Program-made: the position numbers and the translations under genes
Part shown: positions 50,345 through 59,470 of the stretch, piece by piece
How positions within the stretch are numbered: position 1 is the stretch's first letter
Layout: every line of letters begins with the position of its first letter
Source of the DNA: an uncultured Candidatus Binatia bacterium
GTDB lineage: Bacteria; Desulfobacterota; Binatia; UBA9968; JAJDTQ01
NCBI GenBank assembly: GCA_965242525.1
Contig: OZ251459.1
Coordinates: 512,001-576,000, forward strand
Direction of reading: 5' to 3'
DNA: 64,000 nucleotides
The notes under the pieces: model-generated
The model's database searches: none
What the model saw: only the letters and a program-made list of their open reading frames with translations
What the model was told of the DNA's origin: nothing

Positions 50345-50586
50345 CGTCCTTGCCTTTGCGGTGGTTCGCCACGCCGTCCCTCGAGGGGCCAAGCCCTCTC
50401 GGGTCATCCGCCGGTCCACCCGTCCGATGACGGAACGCAACGACGCGAAACCGTTGGTGCTCCCGCTTGCCTGGCAGGCGGAAGCGTCACCGGAGAATCG
50501 ACGGAACGGGCACGATGTTGTACTTGTGCGTTGGGACAGTCCCTGCAGACCCGGCAGTGGTCCTTGAGGAAAATCAGCAACAACCT

Positions 50587-50615
50587 ACGCTATCACCGGC
50601 AATGTCCTTTGTCAA
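50587..50615 (-). promoter_or_regulatory. Putative sigma-70 promoter of the sigma factor gene
   Basis: TTGACA-17 nt-TAGCGT. Confidence 0.6.
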
Positions 50616-50641
50616 GCACAAGTTGCCGGTTCGAGGCGGTG

Positions 50642-52066
50642 TCACTTGTCGTCGCGGAGGCCGTATTTCCGAAGTTTGTACCGGAGGGCGCGCTCGCTGA
50701 TGCCGAGGCTTTCCGCGGCCCTGGTCTGCACGCCGCCGGCGGCGCTGAGGGCATCGACGATCATGCGGCGCTCCATCCCTTCGACCATCGCCGCAAGGTT
50801 GGTCCGGTCCCCCCCGGCCGCGCGCGTCTCCTTGATGGTGAGGGGCAGTTCCCCCAGGCTGACGACGTCGTGGCGGGTGAGCACGATGGCTCGCTCCACC
50901 AGGTTCTCCAGCTCGCGGACGTTGCCGGGGTAATCGTAGCGCAGCAGCGCATCCCGGGCCTCGTGGGCAAACCCCCGGATGGTCTTGTCGTTCTTGTCCG
51001 CAAACTTCCGGAGGAAGTGGTCGATGAGCGCGGGGAGGTCCTGCCGGCGCTCCCGCAAGGGCGGCAGGATGATGGTGACGACGTTCAGGCGATAGTAGAG
51101 GTCTTCGCGGAAGCTCCCGTCCCGCATGAGTTGCTCCAGGTCCCGGTGGGTCGCGGTGATGATGCGCACGTCGGTGGTGATGGCGCGGTTCGATCCCACG
51201 CGCTCGAATTCCTTCTCCTGCAGCACGCGCAGGAGCTTCGCCTGCAAGTGGGCGGGCAGGTCGCCGATCTCGTCCAGGAACAGGGTGCCCTTGTCGGCGA
51301 TCTCGAAACGGCCCTTGCGCATGGCGAAGGCGCCCGTGAACGCCCCCTTCTCGTGCCCGAACAGCTCCGATTCCAGCAGCGTTTCCGGCAACGCCGCGCA
51401 GTTCACCTTCACCAGCGGCCCGTTCTTGCGGCCGCTGGCGTAGTGGATGGCCTTGGCGATGAGTTCCTTGCCGGTGCCGCTCTCGCCCCGAAGCAGGACC
51501 GTGGCGTCGCTGGGAGCCACCCTTCGCACCAGGTCCAGGACTTCCTGCATCTGGCCGCTCTCGCCGATGACGCCCTCGATGCGGTGGCGCTCCTGCAGCG
51601 CCTCCCGGAGCTCCGTGTTCTCCCGGAGCAGTTGGTGGCTGCGTTTGACCCGCTCGATGCGGAGCAGGATCTCTTCCAGGTTGAGGGGCTTGGTGAGGTA
51701 GTCGGTGGCGCCGTCCTTCATGGCGGAGACCGCGGTCTCGATGCTGCCGTAGGCGGTCATGACGATGACGGCCACCTCCGGGTCCACCGCGCGGCATTGC
51801 TTCAGCAGGTCCAGGCCCGACATCTCGGGCATCCGCTGGTCCGTGAGCACCAGGTCGAAGGGTTCCATGCGAAACCGCTCCATCGCGTGGACGGCGCTCT
51901 CCATCAGCGCCACCTCGAACCCGTTCTTGCGCAGGAAGCCGCCGACGAGTTCGAGCTGGGTGCTCTCGTCGTCCACCACCATGACGTGGAAGCGGTCGCC
52001 GCGCGCGGCCTCCCGGTGGCCCGGGGTCCGCGTTCGGACGTCCTCCTGGTATGCCTGCTCGGTCAT
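50642..52066 (-). CDS. Sigma-54-dependent response regulator (NtrC/ZraR family)
   Basis: REC domain, GESGTGKE, GAFTGA, FLDEIG, FREDLYYRL, PGNVREL, Fis-type HTH. Confidence 0.93.
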   Translation of the reverse strand: MTEQAYQEDVRTRTPGHREAARGDRFHVMVVDDESTQLELVGGFLRKNGFEVALMESAVHAMERFRMEPFDLVLTDQRMPEMSGLDLLKQCRAVDPEVAVIVMTAYGSIETAVSAMKDGATDYLTKPLNLEEILLRIERVKRSHQLLRENTELREALQERHRIEGVIGESGQMQEVLDLVRRVAPSDATVLLRGESGTGKELIAKAIHYASGRKNGPLVKVNCAALPETLLESELFGHEKGAFTGAFAMRKGRFEIADKGTLFLDEIGDLPAHLQAKLLRVLQEKEFERVGSNRAITTDVRIITATHRDLEQLMRDGSFREDLYYRLNVVTIILPPLRERRQDLPALIDHFLRKFADKNDKTIRGFAHEARDALLRYDYPGNVRELENLVERAIVLTRHDVVSLGELPLTIKETRAAGGDRTNLAAMVEGMERRMIVDALSAAGGVQTRAAESLGISERALRYKLRKYGLRDDK

Positions 52067-52158
52067 GTGGCGTCGCCGCTCGGGGTATCTCCCATCCGGG
52101 CCGGGCGCATCCGCGGAACCTTCGGGCCGCCGGGCGGATCGCCCGGCTGCCGGGGGGC

Positions 52159-53868
52159 TCACCCCGGCGTGTGGTCCAACGGCAGGATGATCTCGAAGCG
52201 GCTGCCGTTCCCCGCCTTGCTGGTCACGTGGATGGTCCCGCCGTGTCCTTCGACGATCCTGCGCGCAATGGCCAGACCCAGCCCCGAACCGTCGGTCCTG
52301 GTGGTAAAGTAGGGCTCGAAGATGCGCTCCAGGTTCTCCTGCGCGATTCCCACCCCGGTGTCGCTGACCGAAAGCCGCATCCTGCCGTCCCGCACCGAGG
52401 TCTCGATGGCCAGCCTGCCTCCCTGGGGCATGGCCTGGAGGCCGTTCAGGACGAGGTTCAGCAACACCTGCTTGAGGTAGGCGGGGTCCGCCTCCACCAC
52501 CGGTGGCGGCCCGTGGTGCGCCACCTCGACCTCCACCCCGGCCGCGGCGGCGTCGCCCCGGGTCAACGTGGTCAGCTCGTTCAGCAACCGATCGACCTTC
52601 ACCGTGTCCGGTTTCATGCTCAGCGGGCGGGCGAGGGTCAGGAACTCCTCCACGATGGCGTTCAGCCGGTGGACCTCTCCCCGCATCAACTCGATGAAGT
52701 GGCTGTACTCACCCTCTTCCCGGGTCGGCCGGAACTCCGCCTTGAGACGTTGCAGCCCCATGGAGATGGCGTTGAGGGGGTTCCTGACCTCGTGGGCCAC
52801 GGTGGCCGCCAGGTTGCCCATCATCGAAAGGTGCTCCCGGCGTTCGACTTCCGCCTCCAGTGCCTTGATCTCCTGCATGTGGGACCGCTGGTTGTAGAGG
52901 ATCGCGGTGAACCCGAGCATGCCCAGCGCCAGGATGCCGCCGCCGAGGCCCACCATGGACCAGAGGCTCTGCCTCCACGCCGCGTCCACCGACTCCATGG
53001 ACAGGCCGATCCTCAGGAACCCCATGGGAGCGTCGTCCAGGGTGATGGGCTTCACGAGGTCGTAACGCCGGCCCGCTTCGCCCGTATCCACGATGCGATG
53101 GGCCGAACGCTCGGTGGACCGGGCCCGGGCGGTCAGGTCGTCGGCCATCCGGGTCCCCACCAGCCTGGGGCTGGTATGGGCGAGCACCGTGAAGTCGTTG
53201 TCGAGCAGCGCGAGCCGATGGATGTCGTCCTGTCGTCCGAGGTCCTGGATCTGGCGCTGGACGCCGATCTCGCTCTGCAGCTTCAGCATGTAGGAAGCGT
53301 CCGCGTGGACCGCGATGAAGCCGGGGAAGCTCCGGGCTTCGAGGGCCACGCCGAAGACGCTGTCCTCCCAGAACCTGTGCTCGGGAAGCGCCGGCGGCTG
53401 CCCCGGAGTCTGTGACCAGAGCCGGCCCCAGATGTGGACCGCGGCCTTGCGGCCGGAGAACGGGTCCTGGAACTCGGCGATGAAACCGCTGATGCGCGGC
53501 TGTCCGCCTTCGGTGTGGGAGACCAGGGGGCGGCCCTGGCGGTCCAGGATCTCCACCTTGTGAAGCCCGTTCAGGTCGCTGATGCGCTGCACCAGCCGGG
53601 CAGGGGAGTTGGAGGTCAGGAGCCGGTCGATGAGCCGCGCGTTGTCGAGCAGGCGCTGCCGGACCAGGGTCTCGATCAGCGCGTTCCCCTTGATGGACTT
53701 CTTGGCGCTGGTCTCCATGCTCTTGGTCAGGGCCAGCGCCTTGACCTCCACCTGCCGCACCAGCTCCTCCTCCAGCCAGCGGCTCTCGTAGAAGACGTAG
53801 AGCGAGAAGAGGACCAGCAGCAGCAGGACCGAGGCCAGGAAGTAGGGAACTAGGGAAGCTCGTTTCAT
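52159..53868 (-). CDS. Membrane sensor histidine kinase
   Basis: Two TM segments, VAHEVRNPL, NLVLN, DTGVGI, IFEPYFTT, GSGLGL. Confidence 0.92.
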   Translation of the reverse strand: MKRASLVPYFLASVLLLLVLFSLYVFYESRWLEEELVRQVEVKALALTKSMETSAKKSIKGNALIETLVRQRLLDNARLIDRLLTSNSPARLVQRISDLNGLHKVEILDRQGRPLVSHTEGGQPRISGFIAEFQDPFSGRKAAVHIWGRLWSQTPGQPPALPEHRFWEDSVFGVALEARSFPGFIAVHADASYMLKLQSEIGVQRQIQDLGRQDDIHRLALLDNDFTVLAHTSPRLVGTRMADDLTARARSTERSAHRIVDTGEAGRRYDLVKPITLDDAPMGFLRIGLSMESVDAAWRQSLWSMVGLGGGILALGMLGFTAILYNQRSHMQEIKALEAEVERREHLSMMGNLAATVAHEVRNPLNAISMGLQRLKAEFRPTREEGEYSHFIELMRGEVHRLNAIVEEFLTLARPLSMKPDTVKVDRLLNELTTLTRGDAAAAGVEVEVAHHGPPPVVEADPAYLKQVLLNLVLNGLQAMPQGGRLAIETSVRDGRMRLSVSDTGVGIAQENLERIFEPYFTTRTDGSGLGLAIARRIVEGHGGTIHVTSKAGNGSRFEIILPLDHTPG

Positions 53869-53923
53869 GCCGGTGCGTACCCCGTCTTCGAATCTTTCTC
53901 CGAACCTCGTTCCGCTCCCGGGG

Positions 53924-55405
53924 TCAGCTCTTGGCAACGAAGAAGCGCGTGGTTTCGCCCCGCTGCACGAGGAACAGGGTGTTCCGGCCCTCGTCCCTCT
54001 GCCGCAGCGCCTGCTGGTATGCGCTCAGCGTCGCCGCGGGCTTCCGGTTGACCTCCAGGATGACGTCGCCCTGGCGCAGCCCGGCCTCGTCCGCGGGGCT
54101 CCCCGGCTCCACCTCGGTGACGAGGACCCCTTCCGTCCGCTTGAGGGAGAGCTTGTCCGCGGTGTCCGGGGTGATCTCCCGTACCGTCAGGCCAAGGCCG
54201 GAGGCGTCTTCTTCCGCGGTTGCGACGGTCTCCTCATCCTCGAGCTTGCCGATGCGGACCGTCAGCGTCCGTTCGCCGCGGTCGCGCAGCACCTTGACTT
54301 CCACCTCCTTGCCCACCGGCGTCCGGGCCACGATCATGGGGAGGTCCCTGTGCTGCTCGACCGGCTCGTTGTCGAACTCCACGATGACGTCCCCGGCCCG
54401 GAACCCTCCTTCGTCCGCGGGGGTGTCGGGCAACACCTCGGACACCAGCGCCCCTCGCGGTTCGTCCACGCCCAGGGACTCGGCCAGGAGCGGCGTCACC
54501 TGCTGGAAGGCCACGCCCAGCCAGCCTCGGGTGACGTGGCCGTCGTTCCGGAGTTGCGGCAGCAACTCCTTGACGAGGTTGATGGGGATGGCGAACCCGA
54601 TGCCGACGTTGCCTCCGCCTCGACTGTAGATGGCGGTGTTCACCCCCACGACCTCGCCGCGATGGTTGATGAGCGGGCCGCCGGAGTTGCCCGGGTTGAT
54701 GGATGCGTCGGTCTGGATGAAGTTGTCGTAGGGCCCGGCGCCGATACGGCGTCCCTTGGCGCTGACGATCCCGGAAGTGACCGTGCGGTCCAGTCCGAAC
54801 GGGTTGCCGATGGCCAACACCCCTTCGCCGATCTCCAGCCTGTCCGAGTCTCCCAGGGGCGCGGTGGGCAGCGCATAGCCCGCGTCGATCCGCACCAGCG
54901 CGATGTCGGTCTTCTCGTCCGTGCCGATGACCTTCCCCTCGAACTCGTTCTCGTCGGACAGGGTGACGGTGATGACGCCGTTCTCATGGCTCGTCACCAC
55001 GTGGTGGTTGGTCAGGATCAAGCCTTCGGGATCGATGATCACGCCCGACCCGAACGCCTGGGTCCTTCGGCGAGGCCTGGAGGGAGCGCCCGGGGGTCCG
55101 AAGGGACTCGGCATGCCGAAGTCCTCGAAGAACTTCCGCCACGTATCGGGCAAGGGATGGCCGAACCGTTGGGACCATTGGGTCGTCCTGGCTTCGCCCT
55201 TGGTGGTGATGTTGACCACCGCGGGGCTGACCGCCTTGACCAGCTCCACGATGTGGTTGACCGGCCTCTCGTCCGTGACCGCGGGTTTGGTGGACGCGTC
55301 GAGGTTCCGTTGGCCGAAACCCGCGGCGAGGACGGTCAGGGCCAGCAACAGGGCGCAGGCCCCCAGGGCTTTCACGGTCTTGCGACGAGATGGATGACGA
55401 AGCAT
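53924..55405 (-). CDS. degP: DegP/HtrA (Do) serine protease
   Basis: Signal peptide, GSGVII, TNHHV, D.ALV, QTDASINPGNSGGPL, two PDZ domains. Confidence 0.9.
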   Translation of the reverse strand: MLRHPSRRKTVKALGACALLLALTVLAAGFGQRNLDASTKPAVTDERPVNHIVELVKAVSPAVVNITTKGEARTTQWSQRFGHPLPDTWRKFFEDFGMPSPFGPPGAPSRPRRRTQAFGSGVIIDPEGLILTNHHVVTSHENGVITVTLSDENEFEGKVIGTDEKTDIALVRIDAGYALPTAPLGDSDRLEIGEGVLAIGNPFGLDRTVTSGIVSAKGRRIGAGPYDNFIQTDASINPGNSGGPLINHRGEVVGVNTAIYSRGGGNVGIGFAIPINLVKELLPQLRNDGHVTRGWLGVAFQQVTPLLAESLGVDEPRGALVSEVLPDTPADEGGFRAGDVIVEFDNEPVEQHRDLPMIVARTPVGKEVEVKVLRDRGERTLTVRIGKLEDEETVATAEEDASGLGLTVREITPDTADKLSLKRTEGVLVTEVEPGSPADEAGLRQGDVILEVNRKPAATLSAYQQALRQRDEGRNTLFLVQRGETTRFFVAKS

Positions 55406-55443
55406 GGAGCTACCTCCTGGCAGAATGGGTTGACCCTATGGAA

Positions 55444-55459
55444 AGCATATTTCGTGCCA
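55444..55459 (-). promoter_or_regulatory. Sigma-54 (-24/-12) promoter of the degP operon
   Basis: TGGCACGAAATATGCT = GG-N10-GC, about 40 nt upstream of the degP ATG. Confidence 0.75.
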
Positions 55460-55590
55460 CTCCTCGGCCATGGCCGGAACGCTGCCTTTTCAAGGGGTTA
55501 TCCCGGGATCCTCCTCCCGGATGGCGTCCAAAGGGTCGAACGTCTTCGACCATTCCGTCGAACCTCGGAGGGAAACGAACCGGGGGCCGA

Positions 55591-56634
55591 CTACATGCCC
55601 CGGAACCAGACGTTGCCGGCATCCAGGCTGAGGAGCGTCGGCGTGATGTCCGGGATGGCGGGGGTCCCGGTCATGATCATCACGCGCCTCAGTTCCTCGG
55701 TGAAGATCGACAGCACCCGATCGACTCCCGCGGGTCCCGCGGCCCCGAGTCCCCAGCAGACGGGCCGTCCCAGCAGGACCGCCCTGGCGCCCAAAGCCAG
55801 CGCCTTGGCCACGTCGCCGCCCCTTCGGGCGCCGCTGTCGAGCAGCACCGGGACCCGGTCGCCCGCGGCGTCCGCCACTTCCGGGAGGACTTCGATGGCC
55901 GCGCGGTTGAAATCGAGGATCCGGCCTCCGTGGTTGGACACCACCAGGCAGTCCGCGCCCGCGTCGATGGCCGTGCGCGCGTCGTCGGGGTTCATGATCC
56001 CCTTCACCACCACGGGGACGGACACCTCGTTCTTGAGCCAAGCCACGTCGTCCGGCGACGACAGGTGCACCGTGCGGGGCTTCCCGTCCGATGACAGGGG
56101 GACCCGGTCCCTCAGCTTGGTGGGTTGCAGCGTGTCCATGGTGAGCCCCACCGCGGCGTAACCGATCTCGTCCGCCCTGCGCACCGCGCGCAACACCGTC
56201 TCCCGTCCCTTGCTCAGGTACGCCATATAGACCAGGGGGGACGAGATCCCCTCCGCCCACTGGTCCACGGTGGACTGGGTCGCGCCGCTGATGAACACCA
56301 TGGTCCCGGACCGGCTGGCCCCTTCCGCCACTTCGTGCTCGCCGTTCTTGCGCAACAGCCGGAAGCTTCCCACCGGCCCGACCAGGGCGGGCGAGGGCAG
56401 CCTGCGGCCGAACAGCTCGATGGAGGTGTCCGGGTCGGTCACGTCGTGGAAGATCCGCTGGCGGAACAGGAGGCGGTCCAGCGCGGCGCGGTTCCGCTTC
56501 ATGGTCGATTCGCTCTCCGCGGCCCCCATGACGTGCTCGATGGCCTCGGGCCTGACCCGGAGGCGAAAGAGCTCGTGGATCTCCGCCAGGCTCAGCTCCC
56601 CGAGGGGTTTCCGTTCCGGTGGTTGGATGCTCAT
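55591..56634 (-). CDS. FMN-dependent alpha-hydroxy acid oxidase/dehydrogenase family
   Basis: VVKGI, VSNHGGR.LD, DSG.RRG.DV.KALALGA, GRP. Confidence 0.87.
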   Translation of the reverse strand: MSIQPPERKPLGELSLAEIHELFRLRVRPEAIEHVMGAAESESTMKRNRAALDRLLFRQRIFHDVTDPDTSIELFGRRLPSPALVGPVGSFRLLRKNGEHEVAEGASRSGTMVFISGATQSTVDQWAEGISSPLVYMAYLSKGRETVLRAVRRADEIGYAAVGLTMDTLQPTKLRDRVPLSSDGKPRTVHLSSPDDVAWLKNEVSVPVVVKGIMNPDDARTAIDAGADCLVVSNHGGRILDFNRAAIEVLPEVADAAGDRVPVLLDSGARRGGDVAKALALGARAVLLGRPVCWGLGAAGPAGVDRVLSIFTEELRRVMIMTGTPAIPDITPTLLSLDAGNVWFRGM

Positions 56635-56680
56635 GGCCGGAATCCTAGATCATCCGTCGTCGTTCATCAATCGTCAGCGG

Positions 56681-57664
56681 TCATCCGGACAGGCGGAACT
56701 GGAGCAACAGCGTCCTCTGGAACGGCAGGAAGTTGTCGTCGGAAACCAGGTAGAGAAGGGTCCGTCCCTCCGGGTCCCGTCGGACCGACAGTCCCTCGAA
56801 GTTGTCCAGCGGCAACGGATGCCGGAGGGCGGCTACGATGCTTCCGCGGACCTTCGCCCCCGCGCTCAGGCCGGCTTTCCCGATCCGCACGACCCGGGTG
56901 TGCTTCCTCACCAAGTCGAACTGCCGTTCGAGCAGGAGCACGTCGCCGTCGGGCAGGGTCGCGAGTCCCGTGGGACTGAACCCGTCCGCGGGAACGTAGG
57001 AGATGGCCTCGGCCGCGCCGTTCTTCATGAGCCAGCCCTTGAGGCTGTGGTCCCGGTTGGCGTGGTCCTCGGTGATGCCGAAGACCGTGCCGTCGGCCAG
57101 GACCGTGATGGCTTCGATGCCCCCGTTGTTGGGCGCGTTGGCCAGGTCGAGGGGGGTTGGCGTCGGTTGGGGAGGGGCGTCGAGGCCGCCCGGATACCTC
57201 CAGATCCGGTGGGGGTACTCGAACGAGACCAGGAAGGAGCCGTCGAGGTCCCGCACCAGGCCTTCGGCGTCCCGCTGCAACCGGTTGACCGCGTGGCCCG
57301 CGGGAGTCAGGAGGGGAACGGAGCGCCATGAGCCCGCGGCGACGAGACGTCCGTTCGCGTCGTGGGCCAGGTTCGCGGTGACCCAGCGGCCGCGGTCGGA
57401 CACCGCGTAGAGGCGCGCGCCGTCCGGGCTCACGTCCAGGCCCGAAAGCCCGCCGAAACGCCGGTCGTTCGACGATAACTCGAAGCCGCCGAGGAACACC
57501 AGCCCTCCCATCCGCGGCCCGTCGGTCCACTCCGGTTCGACCGGCTGCGCCCGGACCTCGATCCGCCCGGCGACGCCTTCGCCGCCGGCCGCAGAGCACA
57601 GCAGCGCCAGGGCGGCCAGGCAGGCGAGCGCAACCCGCGGCGGGTACGGGCGTCCGCGCCTCAC
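56681..57664 (-). CDS. Esterase-like activity of phytase family protein
   Basis: FGGLSG, AVSDRG, DAEGL, NGGIEA, DNFEGL, VSDDNF. Confidence 0.82.
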   Translation of the reverse strand: MRRGRPYPPRVALACLAALALLCSAAGGEGVAGRIEVRAQPVEPEWTDGPRMGGLVFLGGFELSSNDRRFGGLSGLDVSPDGARLYAVSDRGRWVTANLAHDANGRLVAAGSWRSVPLLTPAGHAVNRLQRDAEGLVRDLDGSFLVSFEYPHRIWRYPGGLDAPPQPTPTPLDLANAPNNGGIEAITVLADGTVFGITEDHANRDHSLKGWLMKNGAAEAISYVPADGFSPTGLATLPDGDVLLLERQFDLVRKHTRVVRIGKAGLSAGAKVRGSIVAALRHPLPLDNFEGLSVRRDPEGRTLLYLVSDDNFLPFQRTLLLQFRLSG

Positions 57665-58044
57665 AACTGCAACTCCGGCAGCACCGCCAGCACCGCATCG
57701 CGCAGGAAGTCGCGGGTGTAGAGGGTGCGGTCGATGACCTCGCCGTTCCACACGACGATGTCGAGGTCGATGGTGCGGGGTCCGTACCGGTTCGGTCCGC
57801 GGCGCCGTCCGAGTATGAACTCGATGGTCTTGAGCTCGGACCTGAGCCGCTCCCGTCCCACGCGGGTCTCCACCAACAGCGTGCCGTTGATGAAGTTCGG
57901 CTGGTGGACGTAGCCCACCGGCCCGGTTTCCACCAGCGGCGATTCGGCGACGATGACGTGCCTGTGGGCGATCTGCCGCCGCGCGCTGGCGATGTTGCGT
58001 CCGGGCTCGATATTGGAGCCGACGCCGACCACGGCCCGGTTCAT
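57661..58044 (-). CDS. folK: 2-amino-4-hydroxy-6-hydroxymethyldihydropteridine diphosphokinase
   Basis: GVGSNI, QPNFING, IE..LGR.R, GPRTIDLDI. Confidence 0.92.
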   Translation of the reverse strand: MNRAVVGVGSNIEPGRNIASARRQIAHRHVIVAESPLVETGPVGYVHQPNFINGTLLVETRVGRERLRSELKTIEFILGRRRGPNRYGPRTIDLDIVVWNGEVIDRTLYTRDFLRDAVLAVLPELQL

Positions 58045-58424
58045 TCCGTTCCCGCTCTCGTCCTTTCCGCGGAGCGCTCCACCGAGACCGAGTCCGCGAA
58101 CCGGAGGGCGGAGGGCTTGGCGACCCGGACCCGGGCCCGTTCCACCCGGAGGTCTTCCATGACCAGCGTCAGCAGGTGGTCGCAGAGCTTTTCCACCAGA
58201 AAGAACGACGACCCCTCCACCGCCTCGATGATGCGCTTGTTGAGCCGCTTGTAATCGACGGTCTCGTCGATGGCGTCGCGGGCGAAGACGGTGCTTGCGG
58301 GGAGCTCCAGCTCGACGTGGAGCACCACGTCCTGCTTCGTCTCGCGCTCCCAGTCGTTGACGCCGATGACGGTCCTGAGGCGCAGGTTCTCGATGGCGAT
58401 CTTGACCGGGTTCCGTTGGATCAT
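58041..58424 (-). CDS. FolB/FolX family (dihydroneopterin aldolase or triphosphate epimerase)
   Basis: LRLRTVIG..DWER...Q, VDY, F.LVEKL, KP.ALRFADSV. Confidence 0.85.
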   Translation of the reverse strand: MIQRNPVKIAIENLRLRTVIGVNDWERETKQDVVLHVELELPASTVFARDAIDETVDYKRLNKRIIEAVEGSSFFLVEKLCDHLLTLVMEDLRVERARVRVAKPSALRFADSVSVERSAERTRAGTE

Positions 58425-58628
58425 GGGACCTTGGCCGGCTGCGCAGGACCCCCGGAGAGGACCTGTCCGCGGGGCCTCCGGGCGGGAAGTGCGCGAGCGG
58501 CGTCCGGGAGCCGCGTGACGGGGCTTGCATCGAGGTTCCGCTCGCTCCCCCCGAACGGGAGGAGCCTGCACGGGCTGCACCGCCCGGGAACGGCCGGAGC
58601 TTCCGCGAAAGGCCGCGGGAGCTTGCGG

Positions 58629-59348
58629 CTACAGGTGCTCGCCGCCATCGACGTAGATGCACTCGCCCGTGACGAACGGGTTGTCCAGCAGAAACAGCAC
58701 GGCGGCGATCAGGTTATCCGTGTTGCCGGTGCGTTGCAAGGGCAGGGCGGCGCTGCGCCGCTCCAACTCGTCGGCCACTCCTCCCGCGGGCGCCAGTATC
58801 ATGCCGGGACAGACGCCGTTGACCCGGATGGCGGGGCCGAGCTCCCGGGCCGCCATGCGCGTCAGTTCCCACAGCGCCTTCTTGGACAGGGTGTAGGCCG
58901 CGTGCTGCGGCTCCGACTTGCGCACCCGGGTGTCGAGCACGTTGACGATCTGGCCGCGCGCGCAGCCCTCGGCGAACGCCCGGGTGAGGAAGAACGGCGC
59001 CCGGAAGTTGACGTGGAAATGGCGCTCGAACAGGTGGAGGTCGGTGTCCCGGATGCCTCCCCGCTCGAAGACGGAGGCGTTGTTCACCAGCACGTTCAGG
59101 TGCGGGAAGCGTTCCCGGACCCGGGGCGCCAGCGACAGGGTCTCTTCATGGTCGTCCAGGTCGCAGCGGAACAGCCCGCACTTTCCCCCGGCGTCCTCCA
59201 CCTCCCGCGCCGTCCGTTCCGCGTCCTCCTCCGAGTCGAGGTAGTGCAGCGCCACGTCGTAGCCTTCCCGCGCCAGCGCCAGCGCCAGCGCCGCTCCGAT
59301 GCGCCTGGCCCCCCCGGTGACCAGCGCCGCTCCCCTGGGTGCAGCCAT
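58629..59348 (-). CDS. Pteridine reductase-like SDR (FolM/PTR1 type)
   Basis: TGGARRIG (Arg-type GxxxxG variant), NNAS.F, YxxSK. Confidence 0.85.
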   Translation of the reverse strand: MAAPRGAALVTGGARRIGAALALALAREGYDVALHYLDSEEDAERTAREVEDAGGKCGLFRCDLDDHEETLSLAPRVRERFPHLNVLVNNASVFERGGIRDTDLHLFERHFHVNFRAPFFLTRAFAEGCARGQIVNVLDTRVRKSEPQHAAYTLSKKALWELTRMAARELGPAIRVNGVCPGMILAPAGGVADELERRSAALPLQRTGNTDNLIAAVLFLLDNPFVTGECIYVDGGEHL

Positions 59349-59470
59349 GTCCGGCATCATACCGATTTTTCCACGCCCTTTCGATCCGCATCGTCGGTAG
59401 TCGGTGTCGGAGCAACCGGCTTTCTGCAAGCCCCCTGGCAGTCCCCCGGATGTGCTGCGGTGGGTTCAGG

